NCBI GenBank assembly: GCA_964234715.1
Contig: OZ174281.1
DNA length: 64,000 nucleotides
From: Podarcis melisellensis
Taxonomy: Eukaryota
Reading direction: 5' to 3' (one strand)
Numbering within the stretch: the stretch's first letter is position 1; each line of letters starts with the position of its first letter. Under the pieces are notes generated by a model, which saw only the letters and a program-made list of their open reading frames with translations, made no database searches and was not told where the DNA came from. The translations under genes were made by a program, and so were the position numbers. Shown here piece by piece: positions 13,444 to 26,371 of this stretch.

Positions 13444-13445
<2 letters not shown>

Positions 13446-14824
13446 CCAACCCCCCCTTGAACAAATCTTGAAAAAAAGAGATTTATAATTAGCCTAGCTA
13501 TAGGGAGATTTAAGTAAATCATAAGTCCCCCCCATGCCATTTTTATTGTGACTAATGATGAAGTTTTATTGTGACTAATGATGAAGTACAAATGCTTATT
13601 TTGTTTTTGGTTCTTTGTTAATGTTCTTGATATTGTTTTGTGGACTATGAGAGCTGTAATGCTTTGTGAATTTTATAATATGACTTTTCTTGTGGCTGTG
13701 CTGTTTAGCCTATTTTTAAACTTGTTTTGTTAAAAGTGTATTTAAAAGGTGGTTGTTTTACTTTACTGATGATTTGCTTATTATTTTCTATTATTTTTAT
13801 TGTGCTTGTGATGTTCTACTATGTTATTATTTATGGTACATAAGCCGTTTTGTGACTCATGTGAGTGTCCCATAACTTCCTGCTGAAATTCTGCAACTTT
13901 TTATAACACCAATGTTCTGGTTTATTCTTTGTCCCGCTTTCATTATACAGTAGTGCCCCTACAAATGACAATAGTTTAACTAGCAAGTAGTGATATTTTT
14001 CATGTAAGTTTATGTAAATCTTATTACCTAGTTTAGATTTTGTTACCTTGCTCTGTGCTGAAGACTAATGCAATGGCAGCTATTCTCTTCAAAAATGCAA
14101 TAACACTGGGGAGGCTAACAACTAATAAAGAAGAATGATGTGTGGACAATCCACGATACATTGACTATTAATACACTATTATTGTGTCAAATGTTGAAGA
14201 ATGCACCAGCAAAACAAAGAACAAAAAATTGCAACATCCCCTGAAAGGAGTATGTACTTATAAGCTAAAGTATGCAAATCACTGAAGATATTTTCTGCCA
14301 ACAAAAAGAAGTGTATTTCCTTGATTATATAGTAAAAAGAAAATGACACACTCCAAACCATGTGCCATAAAAAGAGCACAAAAACCTCACTTCTTATCAT
14401 TTAATATTAATAAATTTATTTAAGCACTAAAGCTGGAATTGTAAGCCATCTTCCCTGGAAGTAAGCCTTCTTGAAATCAAACAAAACAGAAAATGGAATA
14501 CCCCAACTGACTATGAAATAGCTAATTGCGCCAGGTGGTTTAGCCTCAGCTATGTAGAATAGATAGGAAAGATGATAACTCATGAGGGCTTTTATATTGA
14601 AAGCTGCCATGTGAACTTTGGATGAAAGGCAGTATAGAAAGCTAATAAATAATTAAAATGAACATACAAAATAAAGCCCCACCTATTGATTTCTATATGA
14701 AAAACTAACTAAAGACTGAAAAAGGCAGGTACACCTGCAGTATAAAAGGTTGTATTGAAATGTCACTTAACAGTAAAGAACTACAGAGTGAACCAGGCAT
14801 GCAACTGCAGAGAACAAATCTTAC

Positions 14825-17245
14825 CTCTTCACCATTAGCCATCTCAGAATGAAAATTGTTTCCACTGTTGCCTGTAAAAGGCTCATCAGGTTTCTCACTG
14901 CCAAGAATATTGTCTACCATCTGAACACTGGGTGTCAGGAAGGCAAACTCATTCTTCCTGGTCTCAGAAGAAAGACACAGCTGGTAGGAATAGGGCAAAG
15001 TCCCATCTTCAAAGTTGGGTGGGAAGATGGCACCATTCTTGGAATGGGGAACAGGACCAAAGCACTGTAGGAACCTGGGATGCCCTGACTGACGGAGCTT
15101 CATTGTAACGGCCAGAATCACGGTCAAGAGGAACAAGAAGGAGATCACAGCTAAGGCCAGCACTAAGTAGAACTGCAGGTCAGACTGATACTCCGAGCTG
15201 CTGGGTTGGCTCTTCATTTCCGGAAGGGCCTCCTGGAAGTTCTCAGCAAACACCAGGTTCAGAGTCATGGTGGCCGAGAGAGACGGCTGCCCGTTATCCT
15301 TCACCATAATGAACAGTCTCTGTTTCACAGCGTCTCTCTCCACAAAGGGCCTGGCGGTCCTGATCTCTCCAGTATGAGAACCAACCGTGAAGAGTGCCGG
15401 CTCAGTGGCCTGAGTCAGGTGGTAGGAGAGCCAGGCGTTGTGTCCAGAATCTGCATCCACGGCCACCACCTTGGTGACAAGATAATCTGCCTCGGCCGAA
15501 CGAGGCACCATCTCAAACAAGGCTGAGCCCTTGGCTTCTTGTGAGGGGGACAGGATACGAGGGCTGTTATCATTCCTGTCAAGAACAAACACCCTGACGC
15601 TCACATTGCTGCTGAGAGGGGGAGAACCCCCATCTTGGGCCTTCACTTGCAGCTGGAACTCTCTGAATTGTTCATAGTCAAAGGATCTCTGGGCATAGAT
15701 GGTGCCAGTCTCTGAATTAATGGAGATATAGGAGGAGATGGGAAGCTCCTCGATGTTGCTGTTGAGCATGGAGTATGTGATCCGTGAGTTCTGGTCCACG
15801 TCGGGATCAGAAGCTTTGATGGTGAAAATGGAGGCACCTGAAGGATTGTTTTCTGGCACGTTGATGTTGTAGGATGATTTCTGAAATGTAGGGGCATTAT
15901 CATTGATATCTGAGATCTGGAGAGAGATTGTTTTGTGTGTGAAAAGAGGCGGAGTTCCTTTATCAATTGCTGTGATTGTAATATTATATGCAGGAGTTCT
16001 TTCTCTGTCCAGGAGACTGTCTGTCTGGAGCTTGAAGTAATTGTTAGATGAGGGAAGAACTTTGAAGGGTAAATCATCGTTTAAGTAGCAAGTAACCTTC
16101 CCATTATCTCCACTATCTCTGTCATTCACATTGATCAGTGCAATGATTGTTCCTGGCAGAGAATCTTCAGGAACAGGACTGAACATGGAGGCTAAGGTCA
16201 CATCCGGGGCATTATCATTCTCATCATGAACCCTTAGCTCAATGTTAGAATGTGTCATCAATCCACCTCCATCTTTTGCAGCAACTGTCATAGTATATTC
16301 ATCGTTGTCCTCAAAATCCAATTGCTCCAGTAGTGTGATTGAGCCACTGATGGGATCCAGCTTGAATTTCCGTTCGGCACTTGCTGGTATGTTACTAAAA
16401 TGATACCTGATTTGGGCATTTGTACCTTCATCCTCATCAGAGGCTGCAACCTGGAGAACAAGTGACCCAACAGGAATATTTTCAGATAAACTGACCTTGT
16501 TCACCACTTGAGTGAAAACAGGTGGGTTGTCATTGGCATCAGTGACATTAATCCATATATGAACAGTCCCTGTTTTCCTAGGCTCACCCCCATCCATAGC
16601 GGTAAGAACCAAGTGAAGGGTCTGTTCACTTTCTCGATCAAGAGGGTTCTGTAGCACCAGTTCTGCATATTTATTTCCATCTTTTCTCTCTCTAACTTCC
16701 AAAGAGAAATACTGATTGGAGCTCAGCTGGTAATCCTGGAGAGAGTTCACCCCAATGTCAGGATCTTCCGCTTTCCCAAGGAGAAATTGTGTGCCTAGCC
16801 GAGTGGATTCAAGGATCTCTAAATTGATATTGCTATTCAGGAATTGGGGTGCATTATCATTAACATCCTGTATTTCCACTAGCACATGGAAAATATTCAA
16901 AGGGTTTTCCACCACAACTTCAAAATTAAGAAAGCAATTTGGATTTTTGCCACATATCCCCTCCCTATCAATTCTGTCATTTACATAGAGGTTTCCATTC
17001 TCTGCATTGATACTGAAATGCTGCATTTTTGCCACAGACACAGTGTGCAGATTGCGATGTTTTAGCTCTTTGGTGCTCAGTCCCAGGTCCTTGGCAAGGT
17101 TCCCCACAACGGAACCCTTTGCCATCTCCTCAGGGGTTGAATAATGGATCTGCTCTGATGCAGCCCAACAGGTAAAAGACAATAGAGAGAGAAGCAGTAC
17201 TTGCCTTGTGAGTGCCCTGCCATTCCCTGTGTGCCTTCTCTCCAT
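14825..17245 (-). CDS. PCDHGB: Protocadherin gamma-B-type variable exon V3 (family A), 807 codons
   Basis: Same architecture as V1. Donor GAG|GTAAGA at 14825/14824. Confidence 0.93.
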
Positions 17246-17515
17246 CTGGCTGGTTCTCTCAAAAACAGGCTGCTTCCTTTTCTCAGTTTCCTATGCTCAA
17301 GCTCTCACAGTGATGAAGGAAACAACATGAGGTATCACTGAGGAAGAATAAACTGCCCTTATTCTTATATTTGTGCAAAGCAAAAGAGATTTTTCCTTCT
17401 CTGCAAGAGTTCCGTCACTGTGCTCTTCAGTTGGCCTGCTCTGAATAGCAGTGATGGGAGTTACTGCAGTCTAGGAAGCATCAATGGATCTCTATCCTCT
17501 CTCTGGCTCTCATAC

Positions 17516-17556
17516 TGGCCAACACTGACACTTAGAGGACCACTCAAGGAACTGCA
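17516..17556 (-). promoter_or_regulatory. V3 promoter CSE / CTCF site (CAGT variant)
   Basis: TGCAG-N13-CCTCTAAGTGTCAGTGTTGGCCA. Confidence 0.8.
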
Positions 17557-18290
17557 TTTTGTTCTATGAAAATAGACAGAGGTGAATAAATGCAGATGTT
17601 TCTACAGCACATACTGTACCTTCCTTTCTGCTCACTGAGTGGAGCATTTGAGAAAACTTTTCCTTGGTGTTCTTTCTTAGTGTACAGCTACCCTCATTTA
17701 TGTTCGTGGCTTTTCAGTACTGTGAAAATTGGGGTTGTATCTAATACTGCAATTACATTAAGGTTATGCACATCTTCATTTTTTATTGGAAATATGCAAA
17801 CATTATTATTAATATAAAAATATCCAGTTATAGAGTAAAACTTTATCTTAAAATTAATGTATTACGATAATAGTTATGCTATAGTAGCACAAGAGCTGTA
17901 GGTCTAATGTATTTTTGTTGCTGTTGCTTAAATAGAATATAAACACCCTGCTGAAATTATTCTCTTTTTTATCTTTTCTATGTTGTTGGATGTCTATCAA
18001 CATTTATGGAACATAATACAAGTTCTTCTCAGTGTTGGGTAGGAATTCAGTTACTTACTATTCCAAGAGTTCTCTGTCTGTTGCGTATAAGATAAGATGC
18101 AACACGTGTAGCTTCTGTCTAGACAGCACTAGGTGATAAAGGTGTGTTCGCTGGTATTGGTTCTACATCAGACTCTGCCCCCCTGCTGGTGCCACACAAA
18201 TGTCCTTGCTTAGCAGTTGCTCCCCTGTGATCAAAGCAGGAACCCAGCACAAGTGCAGGACCAATGGCTGTAGTTGCTCTACCATGAGTA

Positions 18291-18465
18291 AAAAAAGGTA
18301 AAGGACCCCTGAATAGTTAAGTTCAGTCAAAGGCGACTATGGGGTGGCGACGCTCATCTCTCTTTCAGGCCGAGGGAGTCAGCATTGGTCCACAGACAGC
18401 TTTCCAGGTCATGTGGCCAGAATGACTAAACAGCTTTTGGCACAACGGAACACCTTGACGGAAGC
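18291..18465 (-). mobile_element. 5'-truncated Sauria SINE
   Basis: 3' half only (aaaggtaaaggacccc...gtcatgtggccag). Duplicated at 29848-30021. Confidence 0.75.
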
Positions 18466-19143
18466 TAGGCATGATCCAACAGAATAAAATGTTTGTTAGA
18501 CACTTTACACATGATTTCATATTATGATAATAGCATCATGAAGTTTGGGAACTGAGAACAGTGGAGATACAAGAGGTGTTAGAAGAAATCAATAGTGTCT
18601 AATTGAAAGAGTATATGATAGAAGTCTTATTAAAAAATAACTAAAGTAATTTACTTTCAGTTTGTACGCATTAAAGGTAATAGCTCCTCTTATTGCTCCA
18701 TAGAACAGCCTACAGGACCATAAACCCAATCTACAGATGTGTATGCTATTCAAATATTTTTGCCTGCCATATATCCCCTTGAAACTGGAACCCCATTGAA
18801 CAGAACTGACATTTCCAAGTGATCACAACCAGAGTGCTGCCTAATTTTCAACATGCTTCTAGTTTTTCATCTGCTAGTCTATCACACAGAAACACTGCAC
18901 ACAATTCTATTCATAAAAACATAAGAAGAGCCCTGCTGGATCAGGCCAGAGCTCTACTGAGTCCAGCATCCTTTCTCCCACTGTGGCCAACCAGATGCCC
19001 CTCAAAAGCTCTGCCCTTGGTCCACAGTCAGAGGTGTCTGGTACTAGACATAATATAGCCAACATGACAATCATTTTTTTCTAATCCCCCCTTAAAACCA
19101 CCCAAGTAGGTGACCATCAATGCATCTTATTTGCTGTACTATA

Positions 19144-19247
19144 AATTTGACCAAACTGTGGGAGGCAGTGGAAGACAGGAGTGCCTGGCGTGCTCTGGTC
19201 CATGGGGTCATGACGAGTCAGACACAACTAAACAACTAAACAACAAC
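19144..19247 (+). mobile_element. RTE/BovB-like LINE 3' end
   Basis: gggaggcagtggaagacaggagtgcctggcgtgctctggtccatggggtca...caactaaacaacaac tail. Copy at 30701-30804. Confidence 0.75.
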
Positions 19248-19804
19248 TAAAATGTGATGAAGCCACAGCAGTGTCATATACCATCAAAAAACAAACTTAT
19301 ACAAGTGTTCCTTGAGATTCACACTAATTGTTTGCTGCCATATCCATTTTCAATGATCTGTTGTTGCAATGAGTTGTCAACAAGGAATTCCATAGTTTAA
19401 CTATGCATTTAAGTTGATCATAACAGGGCAAATAAACTGTGCTTTTTGTGAGTGAAAAAGTACACATCCTTATTTTTAATTGATGAGGGATGTATAAATA
19501 ACTATATATTTATGGTGACATACTAATACCCCACAGGAAGATTGGACACTCAGTGTATGCATGCTTACATTTCCTTTAATTCCAGAGATGAAGACTCACT
19601 CTGCCATTATTGTATGATTCAGAATTTATGCTACGTCTACCATTGCAACTTAAAAGCTATGTGTAGGGAAAGTTCTTCACAATCAGAACAACGGCTGCTA
19701 ACACTGTAATTTCATTTTCCTGACCCCTTTATATAGTAAAATGAAATAAAAATATTAGTTTTATTCTTATAAGGAGCAATGCTGTTTCTGAAAGCAAAGC
19801 TTAC

Positions 19805-22234
19805 CTGCTCACCAACCTCCTCTTTGGCACTGGCATCCCCACAGTTGCCATCCACAAGAACCACCTGAGAGCTATCATTGCATAGCAAGTTTTCTGACAC
19901 CTGGATATGGGGTTTCGGGAAAGAGATCTGCTCTTTCCTCATCTCTGACGATAGGCAGAGTTGGTAGGAATAAGGTAAAGTTCCTTCTTCATAGTTTGGT
20001 GGAAATATGACCTGCGCCTTAGGAAAAGTATTAGGTTCGAAGCATTGGAATAATTTGGGATTTCCTGATTGTCGAAGTTTCATGACAATGACGAATATCA
20101 CCGTCAGGAGGAATAAAAATGAGATCAATGCCAAAGCCAGCACCAAGTAAAACTGGAGGTCAGAATGATGCTCTGTGTCACTGGATTGCCTAGTCATTTC
20201 TGGAAGTGCCTCTTGGAAGTTCTCGGCAACCACAAGGTTGAGGACCACAGTAGCTGAGAGTGGAGCCTTCCCATTGTCCTTCACCAGGATGACCAGCTTC
20301 TGTTTCACAGCATCTTTCTCCAGAAGGGCTCGTGACGTCCTGATCTCTCCCGTGTGGGTCCCAATGGTGAAGAGGGCCGGCTCTGTGGCCTGAAGCACTT
20401 GGTAGGAGAGCCAGGCATTGTGTCCAGAGTCAGCGTCCACAGCCACCACTTTGGTCACTAGGTAGCCTGGCTCTGCTGAGTGAGGAACCATCTCAAACAA
20501 GGCAGAGCCCTCAACACCCGGGACAGGATACAGAATGCGAGGGCTGTTATCGTTCTGATCCAAAATGTACACCCACACGGTGGCGTTGTTGCTGAGAGAG
20601 GGAGAGCCGCCATCTTGGGCCTTCACTTGGATCTGAAACTCCCTGAATTGCTCATAGTCAAAGGAGCGCTGTGCATAGATAGTTCCCGTCTCAGAGTTGA
20701 TGGAGACATAAGAGGAGAGAGGCAGCTCCTCCATGTTGCTGTTGAGGATGGAGTAAGTGATACGTGAGTTGCGGTCCAGATCCGGGTCTGAGGCTTTGAT
20801 GGAGAAAATGGAGGCACCTGAGGGATTGTTTTCTGGCACAAAGACACTGTAGGTTGATTTTTCAAAGGCAGGGGGGTTGTCATTGATATCTGAAATCTGC
20901 AGGGAGATGGTTTTGTTGGAGGAGAGAGGGGGGCTACCTTTGTCGGTGGCCGTGATTGTGATGTTGTATCCTGAGGCTTTTTCTCTGTCCAATGGACTGT
21001 CTGTGTGGATTTTGTAGTTGTTCTTAGATATTGATGCTATTTGAAATGGTACATTACCTTGTAGATGGCATGTAATTTTTCCATTTTCTCCAGAATCTCT
21101 ATCCTTTACATTGATGAGAGCAATTATTGTTCCAGAAACAGAGTTTTCTGATACTGGGGTGGATAAGGAGGCCACGATGATCTCTGGAGCATTGTCATTC
21201 TCATCTATAATCTTTATATCAACATTAGAGTGAGCCACTAATCCTCCTCCATCTCTTGCTTCAACTGTCATAGTGTATTTTTCTGTTTCCTCAAAGTCAA
21301 GGGTCTCCTTAATTGCAATTGTTCCACTTTGTGGATCTAGTCTAAATTTCTCATAGATTTTTTCTGGGACTTTACTGAATGTGTAACTGATCCGACTATT
21401 TGAACCTTCATCTCTATCAGAGGCTTGTACTTGGAGTATGGAGGACCCCAGAGGGGAATTTTCCCTCAGGCTAACTGTATAAACCTCTTGAGTGAAGACT
21501 GGTGGGTTGTCATTGGCATCTGTGACATTAATCCATATCTGGGCAGTCCCAGTTTTTCTTGGTTCACCCCCATCCAGGGCTGTAAGGATTAACTGAAGGG
21601 AGTGCTCGCTTTCCCGATCCAAAGGTTTCTGCAGCACCAATTCTGCATATTTATGGCCGTCCAGACTGTGTTTAATTTCTAATATAAAGAACTGATTTAG
21701 GCTTAACTGGTAATTCTGGAGAGAATTAATCCCAATATCAGGATCTTCAGCTTTCCCAAGGGGAAATCTGGCACCCGGCAATGTGGATTCAATTATTTCA
21801 AGTCTAATATTGGCTTCTAAGAATTGTGGGGCATTATCATTAATGTCCTGAATTGCTACACTTACATGGAAAACATTCAATGGCTTTTCCACCACAGCTT
21901 CAAAATCAATAATGCAGTGTGTGCTCTCTCTACACATTCCCTCACGATCTATCCTCTCATTCACATACAGGTTTCCATTTTCAGCATTGATAGTGAAATA
22001 TGGCTTTTTACCTTCAGAAAGGATATGCAGGTTTCTGCTCTTCAGTTCTCTGGCATTTAGTCCCAGATCCTTGGCAAGATTTCCCACCAAAGACCCCTTT
22101 GCCATCTCCTCAGGGATGGAATAGTGAACCTCTTCCAAAACTGCTCTACAGAACAAAGATGAAAATATCAGAAGGGTAATATGCCTTCCTGGTGTTTGAA
22201 AGCTCTCTCCATGAAGGATTCCTCTCATCTTCAT
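19805..22234 (-). CDS. PCDHGB: Protocadherin gamma-B-type variable exon V4 (family B), 810 codons
   Basis: ATG at 22234 matches the V2/V6 start. Donor CAG|GTAAGC at 19805/19804. Confidence 0.92.
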
Positions 22235-22479
22235 TTTCCTCTTCTCTTTGATGAGCACAGGATTCCAGATTTCCACAAAGACAGGAGATTTTCCCCAGTA
22301 AAAAAAGAACTGGATCCTTTGACTTAATTTGTATATGCTGCAGTGTTTTCTTTTTCCTTTTTCAGCTGAAATGTTTTTTTTTCTAGCGTCTGCTGGTATT
22401 CCCAATGTGCAGTTTGGGACAAAGAGATCTCTCTGCAGAAAGCATCAGTGGAACTTCAGCTGCCCTTGGGTTGCCGCCT

Positions 22480-22520
22480 TGTCCAACAGTGACACTGTGA
22501 GTCTGAAGCAGAGAACTGCA
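22480..22520 (-). promoter_or_regulatory. V4 promoter CSE / CTCF site (CACT variant)
   Basis: Identical to the V2 site. Confidence 0.8.
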
Positions 22521-23827
22521 ATCTTTTCCCAGTGATTTTTCTTCCCTAATTCATGACATGACAGAGTAGTATTTTAAAGTAATGACTCAGACAATATTCT
22601 CATACAGGTTATATGAATATCCCTGTTAGAAAGTGTTATCTGTTCACCATTCAAATAGGTTAAAAGAAATCAGCCTCAAATGAATATTTACAGCAAAGAA
22701 AAAGCAGTAATGAATTTATAGAACTATTTCCACTATTTCTTTAGAAAAAAATCAGAATAGCAGACTGCAGTATGAGAATGATATTGTTATTTATAAAATT
22801 AGAAAAATATCGTATTAGGTATTTACAGGCATCTTAGACGATGTGTGGAAAGCCTAAGGACGCGTCTGAAAATTGTGTTTATCTTTACATAATTTCACTG
22901 AAAATAGTGCCACATCTCAAGTCCTATTTTGTCACCTTATGCCCACACGATTTCTGGTCTGTTTGTGTAGCTTCCTCCTTCAACAGTTGTACTGTGTCAG
23001 TATTTACCTTTGCCATTTTCCCCACCTGCCCATTTGTCCAGTTACGATAGACACTTTGCTGATTTCATTTAGTTTGTGGTGTGTGCTTTTGACCTTACAC
23101 AACACCCCAGCTACTTCACAATATCACAGTTATGGTTCATCCTCTCTACATATGCAAACAATATGGAGATCCCTATTTTGCCGGGGGGCGGGGGGCGACA
23201 AGACAACCAGAAAGCTACTCAGAAATCTCAACAGTCCTTTCAGTATTTTAGGAAGTTACATGTGGTCTCCAGCTGTCAATGCAACTTCATTTAATCAAGG
23301 AACAAAACTGCATAAATAAGCCCTGGGTGTTATATGCTGAACCTCAAATGTTCTGAGCTTTCCTTTCCATTTTTAAACTTCTTTTTCTATGTTCATGTGG
23401 TAGCTGAGCACACTGCAATTATCAGTCATGGTCCTGTCCCCTAATTCCTTCCAGCAGCTAGCACCAACCCTGGCAAGAACACTCCTCCATCCTCACATCT
23501 GGCCTTCTGGCCATGAGCCCAGCAGGGAGTTGGAGGGGGTGGTTCATTGCAGGCTTAAGTAACTCAAGAACCTGCTAAGATATCCCACAATGCTATGATC
23601 AGAAATACAGTTATCCATCTATTCATGCATTCATGTCATGTAAGCAGCATAGCTAACATGTTGCAGTTCAAGAATTCAACATGCTTCGTGTATATTGAGC
23701 TGGTCTCATGTAAATAACAAAACTGTGAACCAGGAATTCCATGGTATGAATTTTGCCTCTGACAGGAACTCACTTATATAAGAATTATAAGATAATGTGT
23801 CAAATCCAGACTTCATCATACTTAGAG

Positions 23828-24187
23828 AAAGGTAAAGGTAAAGGGACCCCTGACCATTAGGTCCCGTCGTAGCTGACTCTGGGGTTGCGGCGCTTATCTC
23901 ACTTGATTGGCTGACGGAGCCGGTGTACAGCTTCCGAGTCATGTGGCCAGCATGACTAAGCTGCTTCTGGTGAACCAGAGCAGCACATGGAGATGCCGTT
24001 TACCTTCCCGCCGGAGTGGTATCTATTTATCTATTTGCACTTTGACGTTCTTTCAAACTGATAGGTGGGCAAGAGCTGGGACCGAGCAACAGGAGCTCAC
24101 CCCGTTCCGGGGATTCGAACCGCCGACCTTCTGATCGGCAAGTCCTAGGCTCCGTGGTTTAACTCACAGCGCCACCCGCCTCCCGCT
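23828..24187 (-). mobile_element. Full-length Sauria SINE (POM-type)
   Basis: tRNA-derived head GCGGGTGGCGCTGTG...GGTTCGAATCCCC and tail CCCTTTACCTTTACC. TSD TCATAC/ATTAGAG. Empty site in the paralog at ~35620-35640. Confidence 0.9.
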
Positions 24188-24948
24188 TCATAATTAGAGT
24201 AGCCCCACTTAAATAAATTTGACTTAAATTAGTCTTGCTTGACTAACTTGGTCCAAGGATAACTAATTCTGAATCTGACCCATTATATGCAATGCCCTTT
24301 GAAACTTAAAAATATCATATAACTATCATTATTATTGTCTAAATCATGAGGCATGCAGTGCAATCTGGCAGGTAGCATTATTGAAAAACTGACATGGAAA
24401 TTGAAGACAGCAAGAGGCCAGGGGAAATATGATAACTTTTTTGCAGTCGTGGATGACTTTATAGATTATACAAACAATGAGGCCTGTGGCAGAACGGTGC
24501 CTTGGCCTACAGCACAGTTTGGTGTGCATGAAGCACATATTTTATTTTATTTTTCCTCCTTCCTTCTTGCCTTTGTATAATCCCTGCAGACCAGCACTGC
24601 TGCTGATACAATATATGTTTGTAGTTGTGGACAACAGTCAAAGAGATGGAGGTTATTACGTACCATTTTGTTTCTGTTGAGATTGAAATAATTTTAGAAT
24701 ATACACTTTAGCAAAGCTCTGTGGAGTATTTGAAGATAACTCTCTGGCTGTATGTAGTTGTTTTATTTTTGTTTTAAATAAATTTTAAAAATAAATAAAT
24801 GCACAATGCATGTCTTTAACAAAATATCCCACATTGTCTGCCTGCCTGCCTGTCTTTTAGACAGTTGTTTAGAAAGAGCTTTAATGCAATGTGGTTTCAC
24901 TTAAAGGAATATGGGGGCTGGAAATATCCACAATCTACTCTAGAAGGC

Positions 24949-24984
24949 CAGTCAGTCAGTCAGTCAGTCAGTCAGTCAATCAGT
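24949..24984. repeat. (CAGT)n microsatellite
   Basis: Seen directly. Confidence 0.9.
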
Positions 24985-26371
24985 ATTGACTTGACTTTTT
25001 TTACATCACTCATGCAGGAACACACATGCCTTTATTGAACCCCACTTTACAGAAAACAAAACAAGACTGGTTTATGTTTTCCCACCCACAAATTCCAGTA
25101 TGCAGAGATATGGTGAATGGACTTGACCACGGACCACAATCTCATTTATTTACAAGTCTGATCTGATTTCTACCAAGTTGAAGGCCTTCCTTGCTAGTCA
25201 CATTTAATTGGTGACCCAACTCTGGACCTAAGATTGGGATCAGTACTGAAACTGGTATTTGCTCTTCACTCAATTTTGTGTAGAGGAGGACATTTAAACA
25301 CCAGGAGCTGGTAAATCTTAGGTATGAGATAATTAGTTCTCCTTTCCAGATCCACCCAAGGTGGTAAGGACGCTATGAGGCTAAGCACCCCTTTATGCCA
25401 TGTTGCGCCCACTCTAGGTTCCTTAGGTTTCTAAGCTACATAGAACCTGTGCATTGTGGACTATTTAAATGGAATACTGGTATCTAGATGTAGCTAGGCT
25501 TTAATTCTCCACACTCTGAATTTTAATACTGAATTCCAGTATTAAAATAAGTAAAATGTGTGGACTAAACTAATGTAGACGTCATTAGTTTGATAAGGCA
25601 ATTCAATCTGATGTTTCTGGAAGTTTCCTCTTCATTGAACGAAACAGGAAAGCTCTGGATCTGAACTATGTATAAATACTTTACACAATGATATTTAATG
25701 TGAATTGTAGGCAGCAATTCATTGTATAATTTCTAAGTGAAATTAAATAAACAGCATAATTAACACTCATAACCTAGATTCAAACAATTTACTGAAGTTC
25801 ATGGAAGCTGCAGTTCATTAAATTGAAAATTCACACAGTATAAATGAACAAATTTATAATTAATTTGATTTTATGGAGAAGGAAGTAAAGCACCTCTCAA
25901 AAGTGTATGTCTTTCAAATCTATTGCTTAAAAAAATTGCTAGTAATACTAATAACAGTGATAGTATTTTCTGCTATATAGCAAGGTACCCTCCTTTGATT
26001 CTACAGCGGAAATTGCTGCACAGTAGCCCCCCAAAGCCGAGTAATGTGAAAAACAAAGTTCTTTCCCTCACTTTATTTAATTTATTGAAAGTAGTTGGTC
26101 AGCTCCTCAAAATACTAGTTGTTCAAATGACAACAAGATAAGTTCTACCAGATGGTTTCAAGGGCATGGCTCGAAGCTGCAATGTGTAGCTTCTCCATGG
26201 AGTGAAAAGGACTCATTTATGAAAGCCAAATGATGTAAGAGCGAAACTATTCATTTATATGATGAAAAACAAAAAGGCAGTCACATCACCTGGATAAAAA
26301 GCACTGTGACAATGTCACTAATGTCAAAGAATGATGGATAATGGCATTTAATTTCAGAAAACAAACCTTAC

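Noticed and set aside
22235-22405. 57-aa N-terminal extension of V4 in the ORF track
   Set aside because: It starts at TTG in the 5'UTR. The ATG at 22234 matches the paralogs and precedes the signal peptide.
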